64,000 nt of DNA from an uncultured archaeon (lineage in GTDB: Archaea; Asgardarchaeota; Thorarchaeia; Thorarchaeales; Thorarchaeaceae), in assembly GCA_964458565.1 (NCBI GenBank), contig CAYWJO010000011.1:1-64000 (forward strand). The letters run 5' to 3'. The translations under genes were made by a program, and so were the position numbers. Positions within the stretch are counted from its first letter, which is position 1, and every line of letters starts with the position of its first letter. The notes beneath the pieces were generated by a model, which saw only the letters and a list, made by a program, of their open reading frames with translations, ran no database searches and was not told the origin of the DNA. Of the stretch, positions 28,589 to 38,241 are shown piece by piece.

Positions 28589-31500
28589 GCTGAAGATGAC
28601 ACCTCCTCTAGGTCTACAGAAACAATTCGAGATATCCCATCTTGATTTGAAACACCAATAAGAAGATCAGCTTTTCGTAAAGTGGTTTCTCTAAGTGATA
28701 CAACAATGAATTGAGATGATTTAGACATCTCTGAGATAAGATTCGCCACGTTGTGTGCATTCACATCGTCTAATGCCGCATCAATCTCATCAAACACATA
28801 GAAGCTCGCAGGGCTATACATCTGTATAGCAAATATCAGTGCTAGACCTGTGATAGTCTTTTCGCCACCACTCATTGCATCTAGAGTCACCAAATCCTTT
28901 CCCCGAGGTTTTGAGCGAACTGTGATGCCTCCCATGAGTGGATGTTCCGGATTTTCTAGCATTAATGTAGCTTCTCCGCCTGGAGATAATTTAGCAAACA
29001 CCTTTGAAAAATTATCCGCTATCTCATTGTACACAAGAAGGAACTTCTGAGTCTTCTCTCTTTCAATTTCCTCCATGAAGGCCACAATTTCTTTGTGTTC
29101 TTCTTCTAGTTTTTCCTTCTTTTCTACAATTTCTTCATATTTGTCCTTCTCAAGTGTATAATCTGTTAGAGATTTCAAATTGACTGGACCCATTGCTTCA
29201 AGCTCTCGCTCAAGCTCACGAATCTTCTCCAATAGCTCATCAATTTCACGATACGTCAGTTCCTGTTTCTTCTCTCTTTTTGCAAGTTCCTCATCTACAG
29301 GAGTCATTGATGCAAGTTCCGCCATCTGAGCTACAATATCTGTTTCAAGTCTGGATTGTTCAGTCTGGAGTCGATACACTGCTTTTTCATTCTGTGTTTG
29401 AGCTTCTCGTATCTCTTCTTGTCTTGCTCTGAGATTTCTGAGTTCTTCTTTGAGTGTTAATTGTCTGACTCGCTTATCTTTAACAGCATCATCTATTCTA
29501 TCTCGCTCATCCTTCAATTTGAGAAATTCACTCTCTCTCTCAATAACATCCAATTCCAAGCGTTTTACATTCTCTTGAAATCCAGGAAGGGCATCTTTTA
29601 GGTTCTGAAGTTGAATTCCAAGCTCAGTTGCCTTTGGACTTAGCCGCTCTTCAACTGCAACTTTTTGTCCTGTTACAATACTGTTTATCTCATCTCGCTC
29701 AGTCTTATTTTGTGCAAGAATTTCCTTGAGATCTTTGATTTCTTGATTGATTTCAGCAGCACCGGATTTTACAAGTGTTTCATTGGCCTCATCTCTGAGA
29801 TTGCGAACTCTTTCACGATGTTCACTGAGTTCACCGTCACGTACGCGTAATTCTTCAATCTGACTTTCAAGAGCTTGTGTAGTTAATTTCGCGTTTTCAA
29901 TTCTCTCTCTTAGTGCTTTCTCTCTAGCTTTTTTCTCCTTCTGTTTTTCTTCAAAACCTTCTAATTCTACACGCTCCCGATAGGTCTTATTGGACAGATC
30001 ATGAAGGTCATCCTCCAGAGTATATTTCTGATCTCGTAATTCATCCTGCTGCTTTGTTAGATCAGCCAATATTGTTTCGAGTCCCTCAAGCTTCTTAGAT
30101 ATCTCAGGTGATGTGTCCTCAATCTGCAATGACAGTCCTGCGGCACCTCGTTGGTAGTAACCCCCTGTGATCAATCCGCTTGTTTCAACAAGATCGCCCT
30201 CTAAAGTGACAGCTCTCTTTCCCTTGAATCCGAGTTTCTTAGCAGTGGTGAAATCTTCTGTGACTATAGTATCTGAAAACACAAATTCGAATGCTGGAAG
30301 GAATTGTTCAGCAAATTCGACCAGATCAATAGCAAAACCAATGATTGTGCCATCGCTTGGTAGACTACTAGGAGATTTCGATTTTATTTTATTCAATGGA
30401 ATGAATGAAGCGCGTCCAACTTTTTCCTGTTTCAAGATTTCAAGACATCGTGTTGCCACATCTTCATCATCGACTACTATGTGGGATAATCGACTTCCTC
30501 CAGCAACCTCAAGAGCAACCGAATATTCCGGATCAATCTTTCCGAGTTCTGCAACGGTTCCATGGATTCCATCAACTACGCCTGTATCGCGAAGTTCGAG
30601 TACTCTAGCAACTGCCCTTCTCCGTTTCAGAAATGTTTCTTCTGCTTCTCTTAATGCATCTTGTCGAGCTTGAAGTTTAATCAGTTCTTCGCGTAAGCTG
30701 TTTACTATTTTTGCTGTTTCTATAACTTCTGCATCCACAAAAGAGAGCCGTTCTAACACTTTCTCAAGTTGGCCCTTTTTGGAGGTTTCAGTTTCTTCCA
30801 TCTCCTGAAGAGTTTTGCTTCGAGTTGGTATAATTTCAGCAAGTTCAGTAAGTTCGTTCTCTGTTGTTCTTAAGCTCTCTTCCGAATCTCGAATCTCTTC
30901 AAAGGCAATACCAAGTTCCTTGTTATCAGATTTGATTGCCGATCGAATTTCAGAAACGCCCTCATCGAGTTGCACCATCTGAGTATTTAATTCTTGAAGA
31001 CGTTGAGTTGTTTCCAGATATGTTGTCTGTGCCTGTTCAGCAAGTTCCTCAAGCTTAGATATGCGCCTACCCGTTCCCTCAATTTCCTCATCTAGTATTT
31101 TTAACCGATCACTTTTCTCCGTTATTTTTAATTGAGATTCATCTATCTCACCCTGAATTTCTAATAGAAGCTCTTGCGTCTCGTCGTGCTCACGATTGGC
31201 TTTAGCAAATTCAGCTTGCGCTCTCTCAAGATTCGCTTTCGAATGTTCTACAGCCGCAGAAACAACACCAAATTGTTCTGAAACCCTGACTGAATCTCCA
31301 CCAGTTATTTGATCAATTAATTTGTCAATATCTTCTATTTCTGCTTCTGTTTCGAGCAGAGATTTTTCAACCACGGTAATCTCTTTTGTTAGTCCTTCCT
31401 CTTCTTCTGCTCTCTCCGCTAACGTTTCATTGATTGTTTGAATTCGATTACGTCCTTTGAGTAGGTTCCAAGCCATATGATCAATTCTGATCTCTTGGAT

Positions 31501-32175
31501 TTTATTCCGAACTTCAGTGTATCTAAATGCGTCATCTCTCTCCATCTGGAGCCGCTCCAATTGACGGCGTCGCTCCTGAAGTTGAGTGTCAACTTTACCA
31601 AGATTAGATTCGCTCTCAGCTAGTTTCTTCAATGCACGGTCTTTCTGTTCATCATAAGCTGATATTCCAGCTATCTCCTCAATCAAGTTTCGACGATCAG
31701 TTGGACTTACTTTGACCATCTGTGCGATTTCACCTTGAAGGACGAGATTATACCCATTAGGATCTACACCTATACTTCCAAGAACATCAAGTACAGCGTT
31801 CCTAGTTACAGTCTTGCTATTGATACGACAAACTGATTTTCCTGTGTCATCAAACTCTCGGACTACAACTACTTTGTCTGCCTCAACTTGGAGTTTTCTA
31901 TCCTTGTTATTGAAGTGTAGTTCTACAGTTGCTGATTTTGCTTTTGGTGGCATATCCGGTTTTGGTGGTGAATAGAGAAGATCTGAAAATACGGTAGCAC
32001 GAAGCGTTTTTGCACTGAGTTGTCCGAGTACAAAGAGAACCGCATCAATGACGTTTGATTTTCCTGAACCATTTGGTCCCATGACACATGTGAATCCAGG
32101 ATTAAATTTGATGGTGACGGAGTCTCGACCAAATGATTTGAAGCCTTTAACTACTAGCTTCTCTATCCAAACCAA
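28585..32175 (-). CDS. smc: Chromosome segregation ATPase SMC
   Basis: GFKSF, GPNGSGKSN, QG loop, hinge, MSGGEK, FDEIDAALD; probable TTG start at 32175 after a GGGAG SD (ORF track extends to 32280). Confidence 0.97.
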   Translation of the reverse strand: MVWIEKLVVKGFKSFGRDSVTIKFNPGFTCVMGPNGSGKSNVIDAVLFVLGQLSAKTLRATVFSDLLYSPPKPDMPPKAKSATVELHFNNKDRKLQVEADKVVVVREFDDTGKSVCRINSKTVTRNAVLDVLGSIGVDPNGYNLVLQGEIAQMVKVSPTDRRNLIEEIAGISAYDEQKDRALKKLAESESNLGKVDTQLQERRRQLERLQMERDDAFRYTEVRNKIQEIRIDHMAWNLLKGRNRIQTINETLAERAEEEEGLTKEITVVEKSLLETEAEIEDIDKLIDQITGGDSVRVSEQFGVVSAAVEHSKANLERAQAEFAKANREHDETQELLLEIQGEIDESQLKITEKSDRLKILDEEIEGTGRRISKLEELAEQAQTTYLETTQRLQELNTQMVQLDEGVSEIRSAIKSDNKELGIAFEEIRDSEESLRTTENELTELAEIIPTRSKTLQEMEETETSKKGQLEKVLERLSFVDAEVIETAKIVNSLREELIKLQARQDALREAEETFLKRRRAVARVLELRDTGVVDGIHGTVAELGKIDPEYSVALEVAGGSRLSHIVVDDEDVATRCLEILKQEKVGRASFIPLNKIKSKSPSSLPSDGTIIGFAIDLVEFAEQFLPAFEFVFSDTIVTEDFTTAKKLGFKGKRAVTLEGDLVETSGLITGGYYQRGAAGLSLQIEDTSPEISKKLEGLETILADLTKQQDELRDQKYTLEDDLHDLSNKTYRERVELEGFEEKQKEKKAREKALRERIENAKLTTQALESQIEELRVRDGELSEHRERVRNLRDEANETLVKSGAAEINQEIKDLKEILAQNKTERDEINSIVTGQKVAVEERLSPKATELGIQLQNLKDALPGFQENVKRLELDVIERESEFLKLKDERDRIDDAVKDKRVRQLTLKEELRNLRARQEEIREAQTQNEKAVYRLQTEQSRLETDIVAQMAELASMTPVDEELAKREKKQELTYREIDELLEKIRELERELEAMGPVNLKSLTDYTLEKDKYEEIVEKKEKLEEEHKEIVAFMEEIEREKTQKFLLVYNEIADNFSKVFAKLSPGGEATLMLENPEHPLMGGITVRSKPRGKDLVTLDAMSGGEKTITGLALIFAIQMYSPASFYVFDEIDAALDDVNAHNVANLISEMSKSSQFIVVSLRETTLRKADLLIGVSNQDGISRIVSVDLEEVSSSA

Positions 32176-32444
32176 GACGGACTCCCTTCTAATATTGATA
32201 TTCGCAATTGCTCCCAAGCTCTGAGGCGTGCCAGCATTACCTGGAAGATACACGGTGTTTAATTTCACCGTTGGTAACACTCAGGTATTACCTGGATGAT
32301 ATCCAGAATACCATCTGTGTTTTATTGAGCATCAACACTTGTCTACAAAAAGGTACCTCTATTGCCGTTTATTGTCATTTGAGCAAACTTGAGTATCAAG
32401 TTGTCCGCCCAGAAACGGCACTAGGCTCATGTTGTTGAACATCC

Positions 32445-32858
32445 ATGAATTTTCTAGCTGCGTTGCCACTGAGCACCATCCGAAGTAGAGATTGGAAGTT
32501 GCCTACTATTGGAGATACTCCGATGTATGATGACATTAGGGTCATCGTAAGGCATAGGAGTGATTGTATTGATGTTGCTCTCACACATATCCTCCATTTG
32601 CAGGGTTGGTCGAAGCGATTTAAGAATCAATGGCGCGGAATGGTTGTTCGTGATTATGATTTGGATGATGTGGTTCCTGATAAAACAACTAGGAACCAAA
32701 TGAAACTGATTGCACTGACGATACTTCCATGGCTAGCGAATATGTATGATGATGTCATTCTGTCTGAAGATACCAAGATCAATCTGAATGAAGGTATGAG
32801 AGAGGTGATGAAAGAATTAACAGAGTATCCTGACTCTATTGAAGAGGATGATGTGTGA
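32445..32858 (+). CDS. Hypothetical protein, possibly N-terminally truncated
   Basis: 137-aa ORF with acidic tail; in frame with upstream ORF 32208-32438 across a single TGA. Confidence 0.55.
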   Translation: MNFLAALPLSTIRSRDWKLPTIGDTPMYDDIRVIVRHRSDCIDVALTHILHLQGWSKRFKNQWRGMVVRDYDLDDVVPDKTTRNQMKLIALTILPWLANMYDDVILSEDTKINLNEGMREVMKELTEYPDSIEEDDV

Positions 32859-32894
32859 AGAACGGCATAAGAGCAGTTATCTGAAGAAGCTGTT

Positions 32895-33627
32895 GTGTAT
32901 ATTGGAGGGAGTAAGGTGTATTCTCGAAAAACAGTGACTATGGTCTTGCTTGGGCTTGTTATGTCATTTGGTGTGCTTCTCACAGTATCATTGATGGATT
33001 CGCAAGGAACTAGTTTACCGAGAGGCGCCTTCACACCTTCAAATGAGTATACCCTTCAATTCTCCACCTTCTTAGGCGGTACTGACAGGTATTCTCAAGG
33101 ACTCAGGGAAAGAGAGCTTTAGCACCGGATGTTCCAATATATATTTGGTTTCTTCGCGAGAACTGTGGATTGCTGGTTATACAAAGTATTCTGGATTTCC
33201 AACCACTGAGGATGCTTTTGATAGAACATTCAACAATGAAGATGGATATTTTATGATGATAGACCCTATTAGTTGTAGTCTTAACTATTCCAGCTTCTTC
33301 GGAGGGTCATCTCAAGATTCCATCTATAAAATAGTGATGACTTCTCAAGGAGAGATAGTGTGCGCTGGTTCTACATATTCAGCTAACTTCCCAACTATGA
33401 ATGCGTTGCTTTCAGAAAAACCTGGAGATCGTGATGGCTTCGTGTTCAAACTCATATTGAATGAGACCACCTCTACCGCTTTCTCCTCGACTTCCACTAT
33501 TACACCAACAACATCCTCCATATATACTTCAATGGATATGATCTATGTTGCACTAGCGGGAGTGAGTCTGGGTGTGATAGTTCTGGTTGTTATCGTTACT
33601 ATTGTTAGAAAAAAGCGCACATTGTAA
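32895..33627 (+). pseudogene. Disrupted SBBP-type beta-propeller surface protein
   Basis: Two ORFs: signal peptide + FSTFLGG; then AGYT..FPTT.DAFD, YSSFFGGS, GSTYSANFPT, Thr-rich linker and TM-KK tail; most repeats appear deleted. Confidence 0.7.
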
Positions 33628-33888
33628 ATGGAGCTAGAACTATCAATAAAATGACATCAAGAAGTCTGTATTTATCACTAAGAGCGAGCTATTGATAATT
33701 ATCTGGTATTCTGTAACATTGTAAATATTTCCCTATTGTTTCATCACATTATGATACATGGATGTACTCCCAATCACAGTTTAGCCTATGCTAGTGAAAA
33801 CATGATTGTTTCATGAAGTGACTATCATATCAATGGTCAAGTATATTTATCCTCTCTATATCAGTTAATGTGCCCTATAGTAAACGCC

Positions 33889-34260
33889 TTACTTAATCAT
33901 TGAAACTAAGGCACGTCTTAATGCTATTCTGAGGAGCCCCATTGACTCACGGGCACCTTCGCCTGCCATCGCAGCAAGTACCAGTTTCACATCCCCTAGA
34001 ATGATTGTGAATCCTTTTTCTGATGCTATACTGACTTCTTTTAGACCGCCCTTATCGAGATTAATAGCAAGCTGAGAGGAATTTCCTGCAATCTTGACAA
34101 CAAGTCCCGCGACATCCTCGTGTCTTATTCCGCCACTCAAAGTATGACCAAAGATGACGCCTCCTTTTATATCGCTAACAATTATTCCTTCCAAATCCGG
34201 GTTGGCTGCCATGGTTTCTGCTACAATTTGCTCAATCTTTTCTTTCTTGACCATTGACAT
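33889..34260 (-). CDS. Roadblock/LC7 domain protein
   Basis: LEGIIVSDIKG, helix, GGLKEVSI, MGLLRIAL. Confidence 0.8.
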   Translation of the reverse strand: MSMVKKEKIEQIVAETMAANPDLEGIIVSDIKGGVIFGHTLSGGIRHEDVAGLVVKIAGNSSQLAINLDKGGLKEVSIASEKGFTIILGDVKLVLAAMAGEGARESMGLLRIALRRALVSMIK

Positions 34261-34416
34261 ATTCTCCTAAGCGGCTTATTACTAGCATAGATGTGACTCT
34301 TATGTACTTTATAACTTCTGTGTTGCTATTTGTATTTTAGGACCACTCATACTTGTTGTCCCAAAGTTTAATATCGTTCACGGTAAGAAACCGCCAAATC
34401 TTTTGGAGATAAATTA

Positions 34417-36036
34417 ATGCCCATGCTCAAAACTAGCTCTGAGGCTTTTCCCTCATCCAGAGATATGATGAAGGACATTCCTTATGTCCTACGTGTTCGG
34501 TTTGGAGAACTAGCCGATGATACAACTAAGATTGTGGGAAAGCCTATCGCCTGTCACAAATGTAATGGATTCCTTTTGAGTGTTGAACAAATTAAGGAAG
34601 ACCCAAAAGTAGGCAGGCATTTCATTTGTCCCTTCTGTAGCACATTAAATGTTATTGAGGGAGAGATTGTATTCGCAGGATCGGATTCCGATTTTGAACT
34701 TGAACCACCCACGGTGACTGACACAACAACAGATGTTGTCACATCTGGTGGTAAATCATTCTTGGCACTCATTGATGTGTCAGGGTCAATGTCAGGTGGC
34801 AATCTTGCAGCTGTGAAACGTAGTCTGACGACTTCGATAGAGAGTCTCGCTGCTAATTCACCAGACACCCTCTTCGGACTAATAGAGTTCGAGAGTTCAG
34901 TTTTACTCAGGAATTTAGAAAATGGTGCACCACTTGAATTACCACAGGACACTTTTGCGAATCTTGATAGTATCATGGATGCAACAAAGAAGATGCTTGA
35001 CAAGGTGAAGCTTATACCTGTTGGTAAGAACTCTGATTCGATTAAGAAGCATGTTCAAGCATTACGCGACCAAGGAGGTACTGCTCTTGGTCCCGCTGTG
35101 GCTATGGCGTATGTTATTGCTAAACATCGTAGTGTTGGACGTGTAGTACTTCTTACTGACGGACTAGCAAATGAGGGAATTGGCGCCTTAGAGGGATATC
35201 AAGTCACTCCCCCCACTCAATATTATGAGGGCTTGGGGCAACAATTCCGAGAACTCGGCACTTCTCTTGATGTTGTAGGAATTGCTTCAGGTGCAGGGAT
35301 GGAACTAAAGACTCTTGGTCTCCTGCCCGAGGCTACTGGTGGTCAGATGTACTATGTAACTCCAAACGAGCTTGATAGAAGTATATCCGAACTTGCAGGA
35401 GCTTCTCTCTTAGGTCGTGACGTTGAGGTTCGGCTTATCACTCCTCCTGGAGTCAGGGTCAAGGATGCATCTGGTGTATCCAGAGCAGTTGTTGATGAGC
35501 TAACCAAGAAGCAAGATAGTAAAATCGGTGTTGTTGGAAACCGCCATGAACTTTACTTCGAAGTAGAACCTAAATCTGAGATAAAGGAGGAAGAAGTGCC
35601 TATTCAGGTACAAGTTTCTTATACGGATGAAGATGGCTCTCGTCGCGTTAGGGCTCTAACAACAAAGCTCAAGGTTGCAAGGAATGAGGAGGAGGTCCTA
35701 AAAACCCTTGATCCTACGGTTGGCGCTGTCTTTGTCACTCAGAAAGCAGGTGAGGAAGCATTTCGTGGAGATCGTGAGAAGGGTAAGAAGCGAATCGCAA
35801 CATTTCGATCAGCTCTGAAGAGTAAAGCTGAGGGTGCTTCCGGTGGGGCAAGAGCACGATTTGAGAAAGCAGATGATGCACTTGAATCTGAGGAAGAGGA
35901 ACTTGAGATGCAGATGAAGGAGATGGAAGAAGCACCTTCTGCTGCGCCCTCTGCTGCAGCTGACATGGTTTCAACGCAAAATCTTCGACAGATGAAGAGA
36001 AGCTCAAAAGACCTGTTCGAAGACGAAGAAGAGTAA
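34417..36036 (+). CDS. Sec23/Sec24-type Zn finger, vWA and beta-sandwich protein
   Basis: PIACHKCNGFL...FICPFCSTLN; MIDAS DVSGS, GGTALGPA, LLTDGLAN; QVQVSYTDEDGSRRVR. Confidence 0.8.
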   Translation: MPMLKTSSEAFPSSRDMMKDIPYVLRVRFGELADDTTKIVGKPIACHKCNGFLLSVEQIKEDPKVGRHFICPFCSTLNVIEGEIVFAGSDSDFELEPPTVTDTTTDVVTSGGKSFLALIDVSGSMSGGNLAAVKRSLTTSIESLAANSPDTLFGLIEFESSVLLRNLENGAPLELPQDTFANLDSIMDATKKMLDKVKLIPVGKNSDSIKKHVQALRDQGGTALGPAVAMAYVIAKHRSVGRVVLLTDGLANEGIGALEGYQVTPPTQYYEGLGQQFRELGTSLDVVGIASGAGMELKTLGLLPEATGGQMYYVTPNELDRSISELAGASLLGRDVEVRLITPPGVRVKDASGVSRAVVDELTKKQDSKIGVVGNRHELYFEVEPKSEIKEEEVPIQVQVSYTDEDGSRRVRALTTKLKVARNEEEVLKTLDPTVGAVFVTQKAGEEAFRGDREKGKKRIATFRSALKSKAEGASGGARARFEKADDALESEEEELEMQMKEMEEAPSAAPSAAADMVSTQNLRQMKRSSKDLFEDEEE

Positions 36037-36046
36037 TTATGCAATC

Positions 36047-36068
36047 GTGACGTCAATTTTGGCGTCAC
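36047..36068 (+). terminator. Stem-loop after the vWA gene
   Basis: GTGACGTCAA...TTGGCGTCAC followed by a T7 run. Confidence 0.55.
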
Positions 36069-36221
36069 TTCCTATTTTTTTCCCAATTTCGCGTAATACA
36101 AAGCTAATAAATGCGCAAAATATACTCTCTTGGCTAGGAATATTAGCACAATTCCTAAATACCCAGACGCGGCGTAAGAATTACGAAGCGTTAACAATTG
36201 ACAGCAGCGGAGATTCGGTAA

Positions 36222-36515
36222 TTGATAAGTCAAGACAAACTCCAGGAAATCCTCAATAGGCTTAAAGCACAAGAAGGTGTTCGTGGAGTAGTAGTAACCA
36301 CAATGGAGGGGTTACCCCTCAGTAGTGATCTTGACGCAGACACTACCGAGAATGTTGCAGCCATCATAACCTCGCTTGTGGGAAAGGCACTAGATGCAGT
36401 AAAAGAACTTAAGGAGGGTAATCTCTCCTTTCTGACACTTGATACATCAAAGGGCCAAATAAATATCGCACCGGAACCAAAAGAGGGCCTAATATTAGTG
36501 GTCCTGAAGATATAA
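36222..36515 (+). CDS. Roadblock/LC7 domain protein (dynein-light-chain roadblock-like)
   Basis: [26 protein letters not shown]...LSFLTL...LILVVLK. Confidence 0.85.
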   Translation: MISQDKLQEILNRLKAQEGVRGVVVTTMEGLPLSSDLDADTTENVAAIITSLVGKALDAVKELKEGNLSFLTLDTSKGQINIAPEPKEGLILVVLKI

Positions 36516-36536
36516 TGATGAAATGGAGTTAGAAAA

Positions 36537-37004
36537 ATGAGCGATCCGAAAGCCTTCGATAAGATTCTCACCGATATCATAAGACAAGATAAGGGAATCA
36601 AAAAAATCATACTAACAGATAAGACTGGTCTCACCATTGCTAATGTAAGCAAATTGTCATACTATCCAGTAGATGTCGACTCCATAGGTGCAATTGCAAG
36701 CGCTGTGTTCTGTGCAAGTGAGGAACAAGGTAAGAACCTGCAGATTGGTGAACTTGAGATAGTCACATCCGAATTCTCTGAAGGCAAGATTTTTGCATCC
36801 GCTTGTGGAAAAGGTGTTCTTTGTGTTGTGTCAGAGGCTGAGGTAAATATCGGTCTAATTCGTTTGCTCATGAAGAAACAAGGCTTGACTCTTGCACAGG
36901 AGCTAGACAAGTTCCTTACTGTAGATTCCTCTGGTCCGGGTAAGGACAAAGAACTTGATGAGGAAGACTTACGCTCTGCTCTTGCTGAACTAGAGAAAGT
37001 ATAA
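36537..37004 (+). CDS. Roadblock/LC7 protein with C-terminal extension (MglB-like)
   Basis: IILTDKTGLTI, GAIASAVF, VNIGLIRL, acidic C-terminal helix. Confidence 0.85.
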   Translation: MSDPKAFDKILTDIIRQDKGIKKIILTDKTGLTIANVSKLSYYPVDVDSIGAIASAVFCASEEQGKNLQIGELEIVTSEFSEGKIFASACGKGVLCVVSEAEVNIGLIRLLMKKQGLTLAQELDKFLTVDSSGPGKDKELDEEDLRSALAELEKV

Positions 37005-37232
37005 TCTCTGTTAGCGCAAATACTCGTAACTCCAGAAGTCCCGTGCCACAAAGGCTTTTATTAGGCTGGACTGTTAGAACATCCAGCCCTGAAACTAGAC
37101 TTCATGTTCAGAGAGCTAACCCATCAACATTGACCTCGTCAATCAAAATATGCAGTGAATCAATGAGGTGTAAAAAATTAGGAAGGACCTCTCATTAACA
37201 CTCACCAAAACCCGAATTAGTGGAGGCTTTTT

Positions 37233-37796
37233 ATGAGAAAAGACTTAGCTGGCCGCATACATCTTAAGCTTGTCTTCTATGGTCCATCACTAGGAGGCAA
37301 AACAACTGCATTAAGATGGTTGTACGGTAAAGTCGAAGGCCTGCAGAAAGGTGAGTTCACTGCTATCGAGGATGAAACGAATCGGACCTTATTCTTCGAC
37401 TATGTACCAATGAGTGCAGGTGGTCGAGTGCTGTTTGATGTGTTTACTGTTGCAGGCCAGAAGCGACATAGACATCAAAGAAAGGTTGTTCTTCAAGGCA
37501 CAGATGGAATCCTATTTGTCGCAGACTCTTCCCCCGATCAACGTGAAGAGAACACAGAAAGCTTTGAGGAGCTCAAGTTATTTCTCGGAGATGCGTTGGG
37601 TCGTGAAATCCCAATAGTTGTTATGTTGAACAAGCGTGACCTACCAAACAGGATGTCACGAGACGAAATGCTTGACCTGCTCGGTCTAGGTGGGAACGTA
37701 CCTATATATGAGACAATAGCTGTCCAAGGAGTAGGTGTAAAACGAGCTTTCCAGTCGATAGCGCGAGAAGTGATATTGAAACGAATGTACAAGTAG
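37233..37796 (+). CDS. MglA-like small GTPase
   Basis: G1 GPSLGGKTT, RTLFFD, TVAGQ, DGILFVADS, G4 NKRD. Confidence 0.9.
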   Translation: MRKDLAGRIHLKLVFYGPSLGGKTTALRWLYGKVEGLQKGEFTAIEDETNRTLFFDYVPMSAGGRVLFDVFTVAGQKRHRHQRKVVLQGTDGILFVADSSPDQREENTESFEELKLFLGDALGREIPIVVMLNKRDLPNRMSRDEMLDLLGLGGNVPIYETIAVQGVGVKRAFQSIAREVILKRMYK

Positions 37797-37805
37797 GGTG
37801 AGACC

Positions 37806-38177
37806 ATGGCAGAAACACGTGGAGATACTCTTGAAGGTGTATTGAATGAGTTACAGGGTAGTATACCCGAGATTGAGGCATGTGCCATTGTGAGTGTTGA
37901 GGGTCTACCAATTGTGTCGGCTCTACCAGCTGATGTTGATGAGGCTAAAGTCGCTGCTATGACTGCTGCTATGTTAACCCTCGGCGAAAAAGCGGCGATG
38001 GAACTTGGAAAGGGTAATCTTGAACAGGTCAATGTCAAAGGTGTTGATGGGTGGCTACTTGTCGTAGCAGCTGGTATGAATGCATGTCTTACTGTATCAA
38101 CCACTGCTAATGCCAAATTAGGGCTAATCTTTCTTGACATGAAACGTGCTGCTGATAAGATTGCAAAGATGATTTAG
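37806..38177 (+). CDS. Roadblock/LC7 (MglB-like) protein
   Basis: IVSVEGLPI, VAAMTAAMLTLGE, GNLEQV, KLGLIFLDM. Confidence 0.9.
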   Translation: MAETRGDTLEGVLNELQGSIPEIEACAIVSVEGLPIVSALPADVDEAKVAAMTAAMLTLGEKAAMELGKGNLEQVNVKGVDGWLLVVAAGMNACLTVSTTANAKLGLIFLDMKRAADKIAKMI

Positions 38178-38241
38178 TCCGTAGTTCAATCCTGACACTA
38201 ACATCAAGTCTTTTAGGGGAACACATTCAGCTCGAATGTAG

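Noticed and set aside
32176-32280. N-terminal extension of SMC given in the ORF track
   Set aside because: The SMC fold begins at WIEKL..KGFKSF and an SD precedes the TTG at 32175
32853-32886. GTGA...TGA mini-hairpin as a SECIS
   Set aside because: Stem is short and poorly paired
37538-38140. 200-aa antisense ORF, and many similar 60-170-aa shadow ORFs across the window
   Set aside because: They lie antisense to or inside well-supported genes, are Ser/Pro-rich and show no motifs
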